A stretch of 64,000 nt of DNA. It comes from Squalus acanthias. Lineage: Eukaryota. The notes beneath the pieces are model-generated. The model made no database searches and was not told the origin of the DNA. It worked only from the letters and a program-made list of their open reading frames with translations. The first letter of the stretch is position 1; every line of letters starts with the position of its first letter. Below are positions 61,486-64,000 of this stretch, piece after piece. The stretch covers positions 744,001 to 808,000 of the forward strand of contig JASTWF010000036.1 of assembly GCA_030390025.1 (NCBI GenBank), read 5' to 3'. The position numbers and the translations under genes were made by a program.

Positions 61486-63036
61486 TTATTCGTTTATGAG
61501 ATGTGGGCGTCGCTGGCAAGGCCAGCATTTATTGACCATCCCTAGTTGCCCCTTGAGAAGGTGGTGATGAGCCGCCTTCTTGAACCGCTGCAGTCCGTGC
61601 GGTGAAGGTGCTCCCACAGTGCTGTTAGGGAGGGAGTTCCAGGATTTTGACCCAGCGACGATGAAGGATCGGCGATATATTTCCAAGTCGGGATGGTGTG
61701 TGTGTGCGACTCGGAGGGGAACTTGGAGGTGGTGGTGTTCCCATGCACCTGCTGCCCTTGTCCTTCTAGGTGGTGGAGGTCGCGGGTTTGGGAGGTGCTG
61801 CCGAAGAAGCCTTGGCGAGTTGCTGCAGTGCATCTTGTAGATGGTACACACTGCAGCCACGGTGCGCCGGTGGCGGAGGGAGCGAATGTTTAAGGTGGTG
61901 GATGGGGTGCCAATCAAGCGGGCTGCTTTGTCCTGGATGGTGTCGAGCTTCTTGAGTGTTGTTGGAGCTGCACTCATCCAGGCAAGTGGAGAGTATTCCA
62001 TCACACTCCTGACTTGTGCCTTGTAGATGGTGGAAAGGCTTTGGGGAGTCAGGAGGTGAGACACTCGCCGCAGAATAGCTAGCCTCTGACCTGCTCTTGT
62101 TGCCACAGTATTTATGTGGCTGGTCCAGTTAAGTTTCTGGTCAATGGTGACCCCCCAGGATGTTGATAGTGGGGGATTCGGCGATGGTAATGCCGTTGAA
62201 TGTCAAGGGGCGGTGGTTAGACTCTCGCTTGTTGGAGATAGTCATTGCCTGGCACTTCCGTGGCACAAATGTTACCTGCCACTTATCAGCCCAAGCCTGA
62301 ACGTCGTCCAGATCTTGTTGCATGCGGGCATGGACTGCTTCATTATCTGAGGAGTTGTGAATGGCGCTGAACACTGCAGTCATCAGCGAACATCCCCATT
62401 TCTGACCTTATGTTGGAGGGAAGGTCATTGATGAAGCAGCTGAAGATGGTTGGGCCTAGGACACTGCCCTGAGGAACTCCTGCAGTGATGTCCTGGGGCT
62501 GTGATGATTGACCTTCAATCACCACAACCATCTTCCTTTGTGCTAGGTATGACTCCAGCCAGTGCAGAGTTTTTCCCCCCGATTCCCATTGACTTCAGTT
62601 TTACTAGGGCTCCTTGGTGCCAGACTCGGTTAAATGCTGCCTTGATGTCAAGGGCAGTCACTCTCACCTCACCTCTGGAATTCAGCTCCTTTGTCCATGT
62701 TTGGACCAAGGCTGTAATGAGGTCGGGAACCGAGTGGTCCTGGCAGAACCCAAACTGGGCATCAGTGAGCAGGTTATTGGTGAGTAAGTGCCGCTTGATA
62801 GTACTGTCGATGACACCTTCCGTCACTTTGCTGATGATTGGGAGTGGACTGATGGGTCGGTAATTGGCCGGGTTGGATTTGTCCTGCTTTTTGTGGACAG
62901 GACATTCCTGGGCAGTTTTCCACATTGTCGGATAGATGCAAGTGTTGTAGCTGTACTGGAACAGCTTGGCTAGAGGCGCGGCTAGTTCTGGAGCACAAGT
63001 CTTCAGCACGATAGCCGGGATGTTGTCGGGGCCCAT
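61486..63036 (-). pseudogene. 5'-truncated CR1/L2-group LINE, RT domain with frameshifts
   Basis: [38 protein letters not shown] and FADD spread over three frames. Confidence 0.92.
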
Positions 63037-63729
63037 AGCTTATGATTCACAACCCTTTGCCTGCTATGATGAGCACCTCTGCATTACAGCCTTGAAACTA
63101 CTGCAGGGAGCTACTCTTTATCACACATATACCTATCGGCTTTTAGTGGCTTTTTTTTTTGTCAGTTCCCTTTGTGGAAAGTGACCTTGAAAGCGCCGCA
63201 TCTCCAGGACGATGCGTGACCTTCATATCAAATCATTAATGATTGCGACACCATTACTGCACCATTATCCATTGGCAAGTCCTCGGTGAGTCGATGCACC
63301 TCCTGGTGTGGCAATGAGCCCGACAGACCAGGCAGGTCGCACGGCTGACCCCTGGTCTCCCAATGAGTTATCTGGGACGGTGGTATGGGTACGACAACTG
63401 GCCTTAGTACCCCCTGTGATAGGGCAGGGTAAAAATCAGACAGGGTGCACCCCGCCCCCCTCCCCCCCCCCCGCCACTCCTGACCTCAGTGGCTCTTACT
63501 GGAAAGAAGCACAGGTGGACATCGGGTGAGGGTGTGATGCCGCCTGCGGTCGAATAGCTCACTGTCGAGGCTCGCGCGGGAAGAATGACCACTTAGGCGG
63601 GGTGCTGCAGAGCTGCCGATTAACCTTGAAACTGTAGCCCAGTACAAGACAGAGGAGAAAATTGAGAGTGTTGGGGCGGGGGGAAGAAAACCCTTCACTG
63701 TGGAACTGGAAGGGGAATCCCTGCCGTTG

Positions 63730-64000
63730 CTACTCTTTTGATTGGGTAGTTAAACAAATCAACTGTAAATTAATAAAACTTTAAATAAAACTTAACAAAT
63801 TAAATTAAAATTGTGTTGGCTGGGGTGATGATGCACTCCAGTCCCTGCGGCGCCCACCGGTCGCGGAAGGCCTCAAGTGTGGCGTGCTCCATCCCCAGGG
63901 CCACCCGGGCGCAAACGTGGCCGCGGAAGAGAGGCAGACAGTCGGGCCGCGTGACCCCCTCGACCGCCTGCTGCCTGGACCTGTTAATGGCTACTTTCGC
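63730..64000 (-). mobile_element. Tx1/L1-clade LINE 3' fragment running off the window
   Basis: Homologous to 4280-4560, including the shared 3' end CAAAAGAGTA. Confidence 0.7.

Overview
Vertebrate genomic DNA, most likely from a cartilaginous fish (shark), judged from the repeat content: CR1/HER1-type LINE tails, Deu-domain SacSINE1-like SINEs, Penelope fragments and GC-rich MITEs. Two convergent, intron-containing genes can be rebuilt by hand with GT-AG boundaries and consistent phase. (1) On +, the last four coding exons (2749-10142) of a DUF1295 / steroid-5-alpha-reductase-like membrane protein; its 5' end lies left of the window. (2) On -, a complete RACGAP1 (MgcRacGAP/CYK-4) of 16 coding exons (43706 down to 18270; 1893 nt, 630 aa), with a non-coding first exon and a CpG-rich cell-cycle-type promoter (CHR, E2F-like, CCAAT, CRE) near 46.1 kb. 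Almost all other listed ORFs are transposon debris or chance. The most notable non-genic signals are: Penelope fragments with minimal hammerhead-ribozyme cores; a perfect 81-bp-arm palindrome folded exactly at the ribozyme's helix II and bounded by a 14-bp direct repeat; a 33-bp minisatellite expanded inside a SINE; a 17-bp VNTR with the Chi octamer next to the RACGAP1 promoter; a six-copy hAT-type MITE family with 8-bp TSDs; and a D-box/E-box/AP-1 cluster. No CRISPR array, rRNA or true tRNA gene was found. Repeat family names are from recall and need Dfam/Repbase confirmation; repeat boundaries are approximate unless a TSD or TIR is given.
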